This document shows, piece by piece, positions 27,187 to 40,437 of a DNA stretch of 64,000 bases. Source of the stretch: Octopus vulgaris. Taxonomy: Eukaryota. The DNA lies in contig OX597822.1 of assembly GCA_951406725.2 (NCBI GenBank), positions 35,402,001 to 35,466,000 on the forward strand. Reading direction: 5' to 3'. Each line of letters starts with the position of its first letter. Within the stretch, counting starts at the first letter, position 1. Position numbers and translations under genes: made by a program. The notes beneath the pieces are model-generated. The model made no database searches, had not been told where the DNA came from, and was given only the letters and a program-made list of their open reading frames with translations.

Positions 27187-28559
27187 TACATGTGTATGCT
27201 TGTATGTGTTTAAAATATATGAAAATTAATATTTATGCACCGGTAAAATATAGCCACGGAACTGAAGGCCATATTTCAAAGCAATAGCAACAGAAGTAAT
27301 GAGAATACATAAAGTTAAAATGGGTTTAGAGGAATGTACAGATCATAATATTTGGAAGGATTGCAAACAAAAGTTCTCATTAAGATCTTCAGTATGTGTG
27401 TGTGTGTGTAAGTGATGTGTGCGTGTGTGATATATATAAGAACATGGTGACATTGTAAAAGGACGGGATTTTTTTATTTCCTCTACAAAATTGCATGGAT
27501 AACAAATATTAAGAAAAAATGATCTGCACTCCTAGTATATTATATGTCCAATAAGTTTATTACACAAAGGTATGTTTAACTTGAATGTGTTCTTTTCGGT
27601 ATATTTTCCGTAACGTTAATATCGTAAAAATGAAACCTCTCAACGCGTGCTTTTATGATAATAATTTTCATTTGTTTTCACACCAGTCTGAAAGTAAGTC
27701 ATTTCTTTTTTTTTTTTCCTTCAAGAAAAGGTAAGAAATTCATTTTAACTTTTAATAGAACCTAAGTATGCATCTCACCGCAAGTTATAAAGTTAAATAT
27801 TTCAATTTTATTTATTACTCAATTACAAAACATTCTCTTCTATCTTCCGGAAACATCATGACTTCTCAACTTCTTTTGCAACAAACCCAGCTTTTATCTA
27901 TCCGAAAAATTTAATTTATTACCTCAAATAATAGCTCGTTCTCTTTAATCTCTCTTTCTTTCTTTTATATCGCTTTATTTTTTTAGAGATTGCTTCTTTT
28001 TTCTTTCTCTCTTCACCCTGCAAACTCGACAATCTTTTGAACTATCTTTATATACAGTACTAATATGTATATATTTTTTTGCCTAATCATTCTTTCCTTT
28101 CTAAACTTCCCTCTTGTCTTCGTTTTATACTGTTCTCTTCAGAGGGCGTTTACACTGTATCTCTATCTTCGTAAACACTTTTTCCTTCCTTCTAATTTTT
28201 TTTGTTATATCTCTATTCTCGTAAACACCTTTTCCTTGCGATTTCTCAAATAATCATGCTTTCATTCTAATCCATCTCTATTTTATATTGTTCCCTTTTG
28301 GAAACCATTTCTTCTTTTTTTCTTTTCTATATTCCACCTTAGCAAACTCATTGCGTTATTACTTCTCTTTTATAACGTTCTTCTTAGAAATCATTTTTTT
28401 TTCTTTTTCTTTAGTAACTCTCCTATGTTCGCAAGCATTAAAAACCTTAAATATTATCTCCTTCTTTATATCTCGAAATATCAACAGATGAACTCCAACA
28501 GACGCAAATTTGTACTAAACTAGATAGAGGCCAACAAAATACAAAAGATGCATCGAAAT

Positions 28560-28770
28560 TGGCAAATTGGGGGAATTTCGTCTCTTTCTTCAAGCATGGA
28601 TTATGGTTGAGTTATCAAATGAAGGGTAGAGAAAGGTATAACTTAAGACGGACACTCCTAGGAATTGAAAGCAGAATCAAACACTTCCATGAAAAGAAAA
28701 GAACTGTGGAAGGCCTAAAAACAAATTCTGAAGCTTTCTATAAATCTGCATGCCAGAGACATTCAAAATG
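28560..28770 (+). pseudogene. Decayed CR1/L2-type LINE ORF2 fragment
   Basis: LKTNSEAFYKSA resembles the K.NPK.FYKY linker between APE and RT. Confidence 0.3.
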
Positions 28771-29692
28771 ATAAATTTATCAAAGAAAACATTTTCAAAA
28801 ACAAAAATTAAAATACTAGCAAAAAGACTAAAATTTACCTCAGCCACATGCAGATCTAATCAGTACGAAAACGAAAACTATATTACAGAATATTTCAGAA
28901 AGCTGTGACGTACAGATGTAGCTCTTAACTACAATAATGATGATGGATCACTTGCTTAAACAAAAGCCATTATCTTTCACCTAAATGCAGGAATGTATTT
29001 ACCTGTCGATTCATTTACATAATATCCTTCCTCCTACTAACATAGAATAAAACCTTATTATGATAGCATGAAATTATAACATTACCATTGACTACTCTTT
29101 CATGATTAGCATAAGCGAAACCGGTCTACTATGTAAATAATTCATTTCATAAATGCACATTTTTTTTCCAACATAAAATTTTTGTGCATTTTCCTTCTTT
29201 TGATATTTGTCACAATTAATCACGTGGAAATTTTTTTGTCGTATACATGTGTGAGTGTGCGTGTGTACATACATAGACGCACGCACACACACACACATTT
29301 ATACATATAATCGATGAACAGGCCTTTACAGCATGTAGTAAATCTAATAAATCCACTTTACAAACGCAGTGACGGTTAAAAATCTGCAAGCTCGCCAGTA
29401 ATTTATGCAATGGAACAAGCATCCGAATGTTGTGTCTGCTATTCAAAACTATGTATCTCATATAGTTAAAAAGCGTAACAGCAGTAGCATTAAATATTAT
29501 TACGCAGTGGCTCTAAAATGTAGGGCATTTGATTGCTGGTGAAGGGTAATGAACCAGTAACTACGAGCTTCACGTGGTCCATGTTTTTCGGACTCACGCA
29601 TCTAGAAATTCATTAAACAAAGGAACGTAGTGACTGCCATGTTTTTAAGTATATCCCCCAAGTAGGCGTAGGAGTGGCTGTGTGGTAAGTAG

Positions 29693-30293
29693 AGGGAAAC
29701 CATCTTGCACGCATTCGTGGAATGTCCGGAATTATCGGGATTGATAGCTTTCACGGAACAACTGTTGTCATCGATGGGAAGCGTACAGCTATCAGCTGAG
29801 TCCATTATGGAGATTGAGCCGCTTTCTTCCCTTAGCGGGGAAAGGAAGGCCTGATTCACTGCGTGGTAGCCATTTTAGGAAGACACGTGTGAAAGGGATT
29901 GTGACGAGTACCTTTGTATCCGTCCAGGGGTTGGTCAACTTTTTTAGCTACCAACTCAGAAGCAAGATCAGGCTCGAGAAGCAGTACTTCTCACGTGAGA
30001 AATTCGAGAAGAGATGGAAGCCTGTGGTAAAAAAAGCTGGGAGCGATTGGCACCAAGTAAGTGGAGCCCTGGAAGAAAAGCAAAGGCCCTACCCTGATGT
30101 CGGATGGCTTTCTTTTGGTGTCACATTGCATAACGCAATGTATTTTATTTTGTTTTATTCTTAATTATTCACCTTTTACATATTTCTAATCGATTCATAA
30201 CAATGCTTTAAGCTACTTCACCATTCTATGTTTGTCTGTCCATGTTTGTCCCCTCTGTATTATGCCTACATGGCAAATTTATTGAAATAAAGA
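29693..30293 (+). mobile_element. Tx1/L1-like LINE 3' fragment (ORF2 C-terminus plus 3' UTR) inserted in a SINE-A head
   Basis: ETILHAFVECP (zf-RVT-like) and LRSKIRLEKQYFSREKFEKRW; SINE-A head at 29665-29692 resumes at about 30294. Confidence 0.8.
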
Positions 30294-30844
30294 AGCTTGC
30301 TTACGAACCACATGGTTCCGAATTCAGTCCCACTGCGTGGCACCTTGGGCAAGTGTCTTCTACTATAGTCTCGGGCCGACTAAAGCCTTGTGAGTGGATT
30401 TGGTAGACGGAAACTGAAAGAAGTCCGTCACATATAGGTATATATATATATATATATATTTATATACACACACACATATATGTATGTGTGTGTGTGTATG
30501 TTTGTGTATCTGTGTTTGTCCCGCCAACATCGCTTGACAACCAATGGTGGTGTGTTTACGTCACCGTAATTTAGAAGTTCGGCAAAAGTAAAAAATAATT
30601 ACGATAGAACATAAACTCAGGATGTAGAGAAATACAGAAATGTACTTTGGGTAAACTACATATCCAGATTTTGCTATTTTGGGAAACATAATCCATAGGA
30701 TTAAGACCAGGCTTGCGCTGGTATTTATACCAACGAGTAACCTCCACTCCGATGGAATTTTGATTCGGTTTACACGGGACAACATTCACAGAGTTTTAAA
30801 AAATTGTTACATTGGTACAAAATGATAGTCTTCAACTTAGAACA

Positions 30845-30992
30845 AAAACCAGATAAGAGGAAGCTAATTCGAAGTCTACAGATCCAATCCCTCATAGGAA
30901 CTGTAAAAATCTGTAAAACTTTCCAGAAGTTTATCATTTAAATATATATGAGCATGTCTAGATATACAACTATATGCATGAAGCTACTTGAG
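30845..30992 (+). mobile_element. 3' end of an RLE-type non-LTR retrotransposon
   Basis: RKLIRSLQIQSLIGTVKICKTFQKF-stop and 3' UTR catgtctagatatacaactatatgcatga shared with 55810-56240. Confidence 0.6.
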
Positions 30993-31709
30993 GCTATGCT
31001 GGAAGTCAATGTATTCGATCTAAAACCCTCCTTGGATCACGTACAACGCGATTAGTTGGGAAACGAACTTTTTACTATACAGCCTGTGTGTGTACACACA
31101 CACATATGTATGTATACATATATGTGTGTGTGTGTGTGTGTGTATACATATGCATATATATATATACATATATAAACATACACACACATATATATATATA
31201 CATACCTACTTATAAACATACATACATATGCGTGTCTATACGCGTGCATATAAATGTATGAGTGTTACGTATTAATTATCTATGTTTGTATGTACATGGG
31301 GACCCAATGATTGATCAAAGATGTGTAAAACTTAATAAAAGCCAAATCCATTCCAAGTATGTTTCCATCCCTCGAATAACAAATAGCTGGTCAATAGTTC
31401 AAATCGAAATCAATTCTCCAATTCAGATTAATCACAAGATGGATACTGCGTTATTAACAGCAACAACCAAACTCTCTCGTTTTATTTATATATCTTATTA
31501 TATTATACATATTTTAGTTCACCTCATCAAGTTTGCTTTCGTTTGCGGAATCAGATTTAGATTGTATCTTTTGCTGTTTCTCACTTTTCCTCTTTCTACC
31601 TATTCTTTTTCTTTCTTTCAGCTTTTTTCCCTCTATTTTCGCTTTCTTTTTTGTATTAATACTGTTCTGTAAGAAGGCGCGAGTTAATTTAGCTAATTTA
31701 ATATATCGA

Positions 31710-32090
31710 CATTTCTTATTTCTTTATTGCCCACGTGGAGCTAAACATAGAGAGGACAAATTTTCCCTTTCATCCTTTTGGGGTCGATTAAATAAGTACC
31801 AGTTTCGGGGTCGATTAAATAAGTACCAGTTACGCACTGGGGTCGATATAATCGACTTAATCCGTTTGTCTGTCCTTGTTTGTCCCTTCTGTGTTTAGCC
31901 CCTTGTGGGTAGTAAAGAAATAGGTATTTCGTCTGTCGTTACGTTCTGAGTTCAAATTCCGCAGAGGTAATATTGCCCTTCATCCTTTCAGGGTCGATAA
32001 AATAAGTACCCGTTGAGCACTAGGGACGATTTAAATGACTTAACCCCCTACACTACCGAACTTTCTTACCTTCTTCCGTAATTTGAAACT
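31710..32090 (+). mobile_element. SINE family B cluster with inverted tail fragment
   Basis: Meta-like domains, dimer junction at 31920 and an opposite-strand tail at about 31715-31760. Confidence 0.8.
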
Positions 32091-33287
32091 AATTTCTAGC
32101 GCGGCTGTATGGATAAGAAGCTTGCATCCCAAGCATTTCGTCTTAGGTACAGTCCCACTGCACGACACCTTATACAAGTCTTATCTGCTATAAAACAGTG
32201 GCATCCAAAGCCTTGTGAGTGAATTTGGTAGACAGAAACTGAAGGAAGTGTGTGTTTGCTGTGTGTATATGTGTTTGTATGAGTGTGTCTTTGTATATGT
32301 ATTTCTCCCTAGAAACAGGTGATAGTTTGTTCAGCATTAGTTCAGCATTAGTGAACGATAGAATAAGTGTCAAGTTTTAAAATAAACCCTAGGGTCGATT
32401 TGAGCTACTAAACTCTTCAGTGCCGCCCACCAGAATGGCTGCAGTCCAATGACTGAAGCACGATAAAATACTTTTTTTCTCGAAAATAATGAACAACAGG
32501 GTTTCCAATCACTGAAAATAATGAGCAAAAATGGTTTCCAATCACTGGGACATCATATTTCTGAACGCAAGGGTGACAAAGGAGTATCTTACTAGCTTGA
32601 TGCAGGACAAATATCATATAGAACTTCATTTAGAAAGTCACGTTATTTTTTTCCTTTCCGTCTTCTTTCTGCTGTTGTCTACATGTTTCATTCATTGTAC
32701 TGCAACCATGTTGAGTCCGCCGCCATATAATAATATATATGCATGGATCAGAACAGTTTAATTCAAATTGTGTGCTACTTAAAATTTAAAAGCCCTTGAC
32801 GGGACTTATTATCAGTCCCGTTGAAATTCGATATAAATACATATATACTCTCTTTTGCTTGCTTCAGTCATTTGACAGCGGCCATGCTGGAGCACCGCCT
32901 TTAGTCGAGCAAATCGACCCCAGGACTTATTCTTTGTAAGCCTAGTACTTATTCTATAGGTCTCTTTTGCCAAACCGCTAAATTACGGGGACATAAACAC
33001 AAGGCTTTGGTCGGATCGAGGCTATAGTAGAAAACACTTGCCCAAGGTGCCTCGCAGTGGGACTGAAAACAGATCCATGTGGTTGGTAAGCAAGCTACTT
33101 ACCACACAGCCACTCCTGCATCTATATACTATATATAAACTGTGAGGATTTGATAAGCGGTGCCGAATTTTATAATTTTGTAAATAATATTAATCTTTTA
33201 TAAGCTTAAAACATATAAGCAATAACTGATATTGACTAATAGTCTAATATTGGGGCATAAAAGCCCTCGACGGGAAAAAACGTGTTT

Positions 33288-33360
33288 TCCGTGTGCGTGG
33301 ACCCGAACCTACACCTCTATGTTGTCATGACAAGTGTGTTACCATTACACCAACGTATCC
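33288..33360 (-). other. tRNA-like (pol III A/B-box) sequence between 34-bp direct repeats
   Basis: tggtgtaatggtaacac ... ggttcgggtcc; repeats gatttgataagcggtgccga.tttta.aatt.tg at 33147-33180 and 33431-33464. Confidence 0.55.
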
Positions 33361-34949
33361 ACACGCTTCTTCCCGTCAGATTTAAGAACTATAATTCCAT
33401 AGTAATATTTTCATATAAACAAACCACGTTGATTTGATAAGCGGTGCCGAGTTTTACAATTCTGACGCAACTTTTCCCAATAAACGTCCCAAAAGATAAA
33501 CCCTGGATCCTTTATATGAAGATGGCTATTGCATAAGCTTTTCTTTAATGCATTAAAAACATTTCCTGTGACTATGCGCTGCTGAAAAGAAAGTGCGTCT
33601 GAAATGCCCGTGCAACTTTAATGGCCATAAGATAAATTATGCGCGTGTATGTGTGTCTTTATATGTGCGCGTTTCGTGTGTGCTTACACACATTTACGCA
33701 CACATATACACACTCATACATATACATATATGGTTGCACGTGTTTGTAAGAGCATTTTATTCAGCATTCCCTGTTGTAAATAGTTCGGTTTTTGTTGAAG
33801 CAAGATTTGTACTGTGAAGCGCATGCGTATATATTTTACATGCACGTAGGCAATCACACTAAACTCTCACACATATCTACTTACTTACTCACTCTCTCTC
33901 TCTCTCTCTCTCTCACGCACTCACACATACACACCTGGTGTCTACAAATGCCATACTGCTATATTTTAAAAGTATATTTAGTTTCAAATTTTTCCACAGG
34001 GCCAGCAGTTTCGGGGATGGGATTAAGTCGATTACATCGACTCCATTTCACAACTGGTACTTATTTTATAGATCCCCAAAGGCTAAAAGATAAAGTTGAG
34101 CTCCGGGGAGCGATAGACGATATACCGCTAAACAGTTCGCCCAGCGTGCAAAAAAGTTCTGCCCGCTCACCGCCTTAGACTTGGGTGCGACAAACAAAAC
34201 CTCTGCATAAAGACATTTTGTATTACAATTATTACGCTCGAACTCTTAGCACTTGTGCTTATGACAACACACAATAATGATTTTCCGATAAGCAGCATGC
34301 ATTTGGGTGTTATTTTTATGAAATGTGCAACTCGTTCGTATGAAAAACTCGCATGGAACTCTTCAAGAATCTATTTTCATCAATCTGTTAATGTTTCTTT
34401 TATTTTAATTGGCTGTGAATTCAACAGGCAATATTTGTGATAATATTCGAATTGTTTCACTGTTCTTTTTTAACAGCGAATAACACCAAATTATCACTTT
34501 CAACAAAGAAAAATTCATTTTATAAAAATTGCTGTATGTGCGTAAATATACTTAAGTGTGTTTTCTCACTTATTTTAAACATGTCGGAAATGATTATACT
34601 TCCCAAATGTATGTGTTTAAATATATACATACATATATATATATATATATTTGTGTGTGCGTACAAAATTATGATGTTCTGATAACTTAGCATTCATTTT
34701 TTTGCATTCATTTGTAAATATACGACTTTCTTGTATAGTACTGAGCATACACATCAGTGCAAAGTTTTGCATACTGAAATTGATGTTACATAAGTATGTC
34801 ACGAAACGGTTGTAATCGTAATCAAGCCATATGGATAGATAACTCTTTCTTCAATTTTCACTCCCCCTGACTTTATTGCTTATTCGCACTACGCTAAAAA
34901 CTTTAACACTTGAATTTTTCAGCTATACAAACATATTACATTACGAAAA

Positions 34950-35460
34950 AGGCAGCGAGCTGACAGAACCGTTAGCACGCCGGCCAAATGCTTCGTGGCA
35001 TTTCATCCGCTGCTGCGTTCTGAGTTCAAATTCAGCCGAGGTCGACTTTGCTTTTCATCCTTTCGGGGTCGATAAATTAAGTACCAGTTACGCACTGGGG
35101 TCGATGTAATCGACTTAATCCGTTTGTCTGTCCTTGTTTGTCCCCTCTATGTTTAGCCCCTTGTAGGTAGTAAAGAAATAATATCGTCTATCGCTCCCCG
35201 GAGCTCAACTTTATCTTTTAGCCTTAGGGGATCTACAAAATAAGTACCAGTTGCGAAATGGGGTCGATGTAATCGAATTAATCCCATCCCCGAACCTGCT
35301 GTCTCTGTGCAAAAATTAAGGACCAGTCAAACACTGGGGTCGATATAATCGACTTAATCCCTTATCCCAAATTTGAGGCCTTGTGCTTCCAGTAACGACA
35401 GACGAAATACCTATTTCTTTACTACCCACAAGGGGCTAAACACAGAAGAGACAAACGGGC
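34950..35460 (+). mobile_element. SINE family B cluster including an inverted local duplicate
   Basis: Tailed SINE B at 34950-35180, then an inverted copy of about 34005-34122. Confidence 0.8.
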
Positions 35461-35678
35461 TAATTTCGTTGATTCTACGTAGATCGAAAAAAATTATGAA
35501 CAACCATATTCTTACTGGATTCTCATCAGAGGCGACTACATCAGTTTGACCAATCCTAGGAACACAGGCCACCAGTCTATTTATATACCCAACATTTACA
35601 GTAGCTACAGAAAAGTAGGGCTACTAATTTGCATACCTAAGTGCTAACACGTTAGATATGTTTTGATACACTGATATA

Positions 35679-35879
35679 TAGTAATCCCTCGCCATATCGC
35701 GGTTTATTTTTTAAGCTTACGTCGATTCCTCCGTGGTGTTGTTTTGCATTTACAATAAAATAAATATATGCATATTATAGAAATAATTTTTAAAAAGTGT
35801 ATAGTGCAGTACTGTAACTACTTCGCGGATTTTCACCTATCGCGTGAGTGTAACACCCGCGATAGTTGAGGCATTACTG
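35679..35879. mobile_element. pogo/Tigger-like MITE
   Basis: TA|(c/t)agtaatccctcg ... gaggcattactg|TA; partial copies at 40438-40525 and 52875-53029. Confidence 0.75.
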
Positions 35880-36120
35880 TATACGTGTCCTAATATGTAA
35901 CTTCGGTATTTAATTAACACATCGTTAAACTCCAATACCTTATTACAAAGCAATAAATACAAGCGTGTTTTTGCAGATTCGACTCTCATCAACCACCGTT
36001 GATGAGAGCCTTATATCTAGAATAGTAAAGTTGCATAAAAGCGTACATTTTCCCATGATTCATAATTTAATTCTTCTCGAACCATGGGTAAAATTACGCT
36101 TTTCTGCTTTTTACCATCCG

Positions 36121-36151
<31 letters not shown>

Positions 36152-37274
36152 CCTCTTTTCTTTCTTTCTCTCCCCTTTCTCTCTCTCTCCATATACATGT
36201 ATATATGTATGCGTGTTTGTCGGCAACCATTTCCTCTACGGAGTAAACAGGGACATAAAATGAAAGAAAGTAAAGGATTACTCGATGTATGTCACCCCAG
36301 AGATCTCTGAATCACAAACTCATACTTCCCAAACAAGCACTCTCAAAGTTTCATAAGTGCATCCAAGCTCACATTGATAGCACCAAATTGATCCTGGTAT
36401 TACCACATGAAACCGTTTCCATACTTTTCCCTACAAACGCAGCTACCGAATTTCTGTGATTTGGATCATTCCTTCATTATCAGTTAAGTTGGACTATTCT
36501 ATCGTGTGAAGTTAAAATGCTTTGTATATAGTTTAAAGTTCCGTTATAGATAGAATCAACAAAAAAATTACTCCATCCAGTGAGAGATAAATATCATTGA
36601 ATATATATACAATTACAAAAGGGCTACTGATAGTTTCATGCGTTAAGGTACATTAAGTTGGCAGATTTTTATAGTATACCGTGTATCTCCAAGAAATCTT
36701 TCTGACTCAGTTCATAATGGCAGATGTGTTTAAAAACCAGGACGCTGGTCTATGGCACAACATGAGAAAAAAAAACGAGGAGAAAAGAACGCGAAGAAGG
36801 TTGATGTAAAAAAAATGGAACGATAAGAAGGAAAAACAAAATAAAGATGCCAAGATTTTCGTCCTCCTTGACTGTAGAAACCATAATTTTCTTTCTTCTC
36901 GTTCCACTTTTTACATCAACTTTCTATGCGTTTTTTTTCTTCTCGTTTCTTTCTCATGCTTTCTTACATACTTTTACCCTGGTTTTTAAATACATCAAAC
37001 GTTATGAACAGAGCCCGAAAGATTGCGTGGAGATATATGGCCTGTTATATAAATTCGTTATCTAAATTTAATGTATCTTAAAAAACATGAAACTTTTAGT
37101 TGCTTTTTTGTAATTGGTAAGTAGCTTGCTTACGAACCACATGGTTCCGGGTTCAGTCCCACTGGCTGGCACCTTGGGCAAGTGTCTTCTTCTATAGCCT
37201 CGGGTCGACCAAAGCCTTGTGAGTGGATTTGGTAGGCGGAAACTGAAAGAATCCCGTCGTATATATGTTTATGT

Positions 37275-38252
37275 ATAATTAAAATCACAATAAGGGTGAA
37301 AAAAATTGAATATTAATTAATAACATCAATTTAAAACACCAAGTGGCCTAGCGTATAAAGACTGGGATACAGTAAAAATCATTAATACAAGTAATGAGAG
37401 AGAGTCCACATGTGGTCAGTCTAACGCTAGATATAGATGCACGAAGGGAATCCACCACTAAAGAAATGTTCTCAAGAATTAATTCAAGAAATGTTCTCAA
37501 GAATTAAATTGATGTAATTAATTAATATTCAATTTTTTTCACCCTTATTGTGATTTTAATTATAAATTAATATGTTCTCAAACCGGCAGTAAATTACTGG
37601 GGTAGTATTTACATCCGGTTTTTTCAACGCGTGAGAATGAGGATATTTGAACGTAACTGCAGATATAATCGACTGTGCCATTCGCCTTTATTCGGCTTCA
37701 TGTGGATGTTGGCGTTCGACTCAGCAAATTATATTTTTTGATATACTCTACTGAATATCCGAAAATGATTATGTAAGTAAAATTACACAATCTATTAACG
37801 GTGAAACAATTGTATAGAGTTAATCTATTTTTTCGTTATTTTTCATATGTCCTGCTCGCTTACATTCTTGGCGCGTTGAATTAATTCTTGAGAACATTTC
37901 TTTAGTGGTGGATTCCCTTCGTGCATCTATATCTAGCGTTAGAGTGACCACATGTGGACTCTCTCTCATTACTTGTATTAATAATTTTTACTGTATCCCA
38001 GTCTTTATACGCTAGGCCACTTGGTGTTTTAAATTGATGTTTTTAATTAATATTCAATTTTTTTCACCCCTATTGTGATTTTAATTATAAATTAATATGT
38101 TCTCAAACCGGCAGTAAATTACTGGGGTAGTTTTTACATCCGCGTTGAATTAATTCTTGAGAACATTTCTTTAGTGGTGGATTCCCTTCTTGCATCTATA
38201 TCTAGCGTTAGAGTGACCACATGTGGACTCTCTCTCATTACTTGTATTAATA
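37275..38252 (+). mobile_element. Retrozyme/Penelope-pLTR-like tandem element with a 5' inverted copy, inserted in the TA linker of a SINE A
   Basis: About 525-bp monomer (37505-38030) restarting at aaattgatg; inverted copy at 37275-37490; host SINE A at 37115-37270 and 38253-38372. Confidence 0.75.
37745..37820 (+). ncRNA. Type I hammerhead ribozyme motif (G8 to U change)
   Basis: actcta CTGAATA tccg...cggt GAAA caattg TA tagagt. Confidence 0.75.
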
Positions 38253-38422
38253 TGTTTATGTATATATATGAATGTGTGTGTGTATACGTTTGTGTCTGTG
38301 TTTCTCCCACCTCGCTTGACAACTGATGGTGGTGTGTTTACGTCCCTGTAACTTAGCTGTTCGGCAAAAGAAAGTAGTTAAGGTTTACTCGATGTATGTC
38401 GCCCCAGATATATATATATAGG

Positions 38423-38759
38423 GGTAAACTATGAAAAATCAACGAAAATGCACATTGCAAATAAAAAAAGGCTATTTATGACAGGTAACGACAAATATAT
38501 ACATTTAGATTGACTGAGGTAGTAATACGAGTCATAAAAGTCATTATTATGAGATGATTAAAAGATAACAAAGTAAGAGAACAAAACGGACCATGGTTTA
38601 CGCAAAGCTATCATCGTTTGAATCATCTCATAATAATGATTTTTATGACTCGTATTACTACCTCAGTCAATCTAAATGTATACATTTGTCGTTACCTGTC
38701 ATAAATAGCCTTTTTTTTTATTTGCAATGTGCATTTTCGTTGATTTTTCATATTTTACC
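38423..38759. repeat. Inverted repeat with about 137-bp arms and 61-bp spacer in a (TA)n-flanked insert
   Basis: 38423-38559 versus 38621-38759. Confidence 0.92.
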
Positions 38760-40139
38760 TTTACATTTCCACGTGCATTTTATATTTTCCTTTTGTAACA
38801 TATTTCTACTATATATATACATATATACAAGGGTTACGGAATAGAGTAGATAAGATCCGGGTTATATATACTTCATAGCGAACGGAAGCTGAAAACCGGT
38901 AAATATCCAAGTGAGGTGTATACTGCAGGTTAGTCTTCAGGCCCAATATATATTGATTAAATGAAATGTTACGAAAAAATACACAACCTTCCGTCTCAAG
39001 AAACCACTATTGTCCTTGAAAATTGCTTTTTATATTTACTATGGATTGCTTGAAGGTAACTTTCTTCCAACACCTCAATCCCTGGATCTTATATATATAT
39101 ATATATATATATTTCAACAACCGTTCATGTGGTGATGTACAGCAATGTATGTACATGCGAGTGTTAATTTTTGGTAATTATAAGTGAAACACGTAAACGC
39201 CAGAAAAAATAACACAAGTACATTCATATACACCCAGACATATAAACATATACACATGCCTACACATAGACGAATGTAGATGAAAAAAGATGAAAAAATA
39301 ACCGAAAGGTGTAAACGAGAATATATAATGTGTGTTTCAAATTAAAACGGTTACATTTACAAATTCCTTACGCGCAAACTTTAAACATCCACACATGTTC
39401 CTTGGTTGTTAAATAACCTTGTGTATGTCAGTGTAGTAGCTTCAAATATAGTCTTATTCGTCTTAATATGCATATCAATTTTCTTGTTAAAATTCGTTTG
39501 TAGATTCATATGTACATTTATGATATTAAAGGGACGCTCTACCATGAACAAAAAAGAGTATTTATAGTTGTTATATTTATTTAAGAAATAATTGCTGCCA
39601 CACATACATAGGATGCAATTGAAACACGTACATATAATCTTTTCAGTTTTTATTTTCTTTAACCTTATTAGAGTTATTCGATTGTGGCCATACGGGGGCA
39701 CTACCTTCAAGAGTTTTGGCGAAAAAATCGACCCCAGTACTTATGTTTCTAGCTGTGTAAGTTATAATATCAATCTTCTTTGCTGAGCCGCTAAGTTACG
39801 GAAACGTTAACAAACCATCAGCGGTTATCAAGCAGAGGAAGAGCGAACACAAGCACACACACACTCACACATACGCACACACATACACACACACATGCAT
39901 GCATACACACACACACACATATATATATACAAGGTACGATAGGTAAATTGTCGCCATTTTATATTTTTAATTTTGTACATGAACATTATTTTTGTTTTTG
40001 TCGACTACACAGTATAGCAGGGTCTGTTGGGCACCCTCTGTGAGAATATCAGCACCATGACGCTATTCACTTTGCTAAAAATTTGAAAAGGACATGCTGT
40101 ACTGCTTGACATTCGCACCGGAAATACGAACATTTCAAA

Positions 40140-40437
40140 GTGTTGGGTGTCAATCTGAATCCCCAAAACATGTTCCAAGAGTGAGAAAAATCAAACATCC
40201 AGTCAACATTATGGTGTCTGGAATGATCACTAGTGATGGTGATGCTATACTTCCATCTTCCCACATGGCCTCAAATTTAACACCGAGGCCTACATCAAGT
40301 ACTTGGAGGAGGTAACGCTACCGTCGGTCAACAAGGTGGCTGCTAGAAGACCCTACCCTATGCCTGGCAACAGGGCTCTGCATCATGCCACACAAGCAGG
40401 ACAACACAGTCATGGATGTCAGACAATTTCTGCGACC
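40140..40437 (+). pseudogene. Tc1/mariner-superfamily (DD37D/maT-like) transposase fragment
   Basis: KHPVNIMVSGMITSDGD..HGLKFNTEAYIKYLEEVTLP..RRPY..WQQGSASCHTSRTTQSWMSDNFCD, with frameshifts. Confidence 0.75.

Noticed and set aside
29095-29132. GAAACCGGTC motif
   Set aside because: Typical hammerhead 3' half but the CUGANGA side is not recognisable; at most a relic
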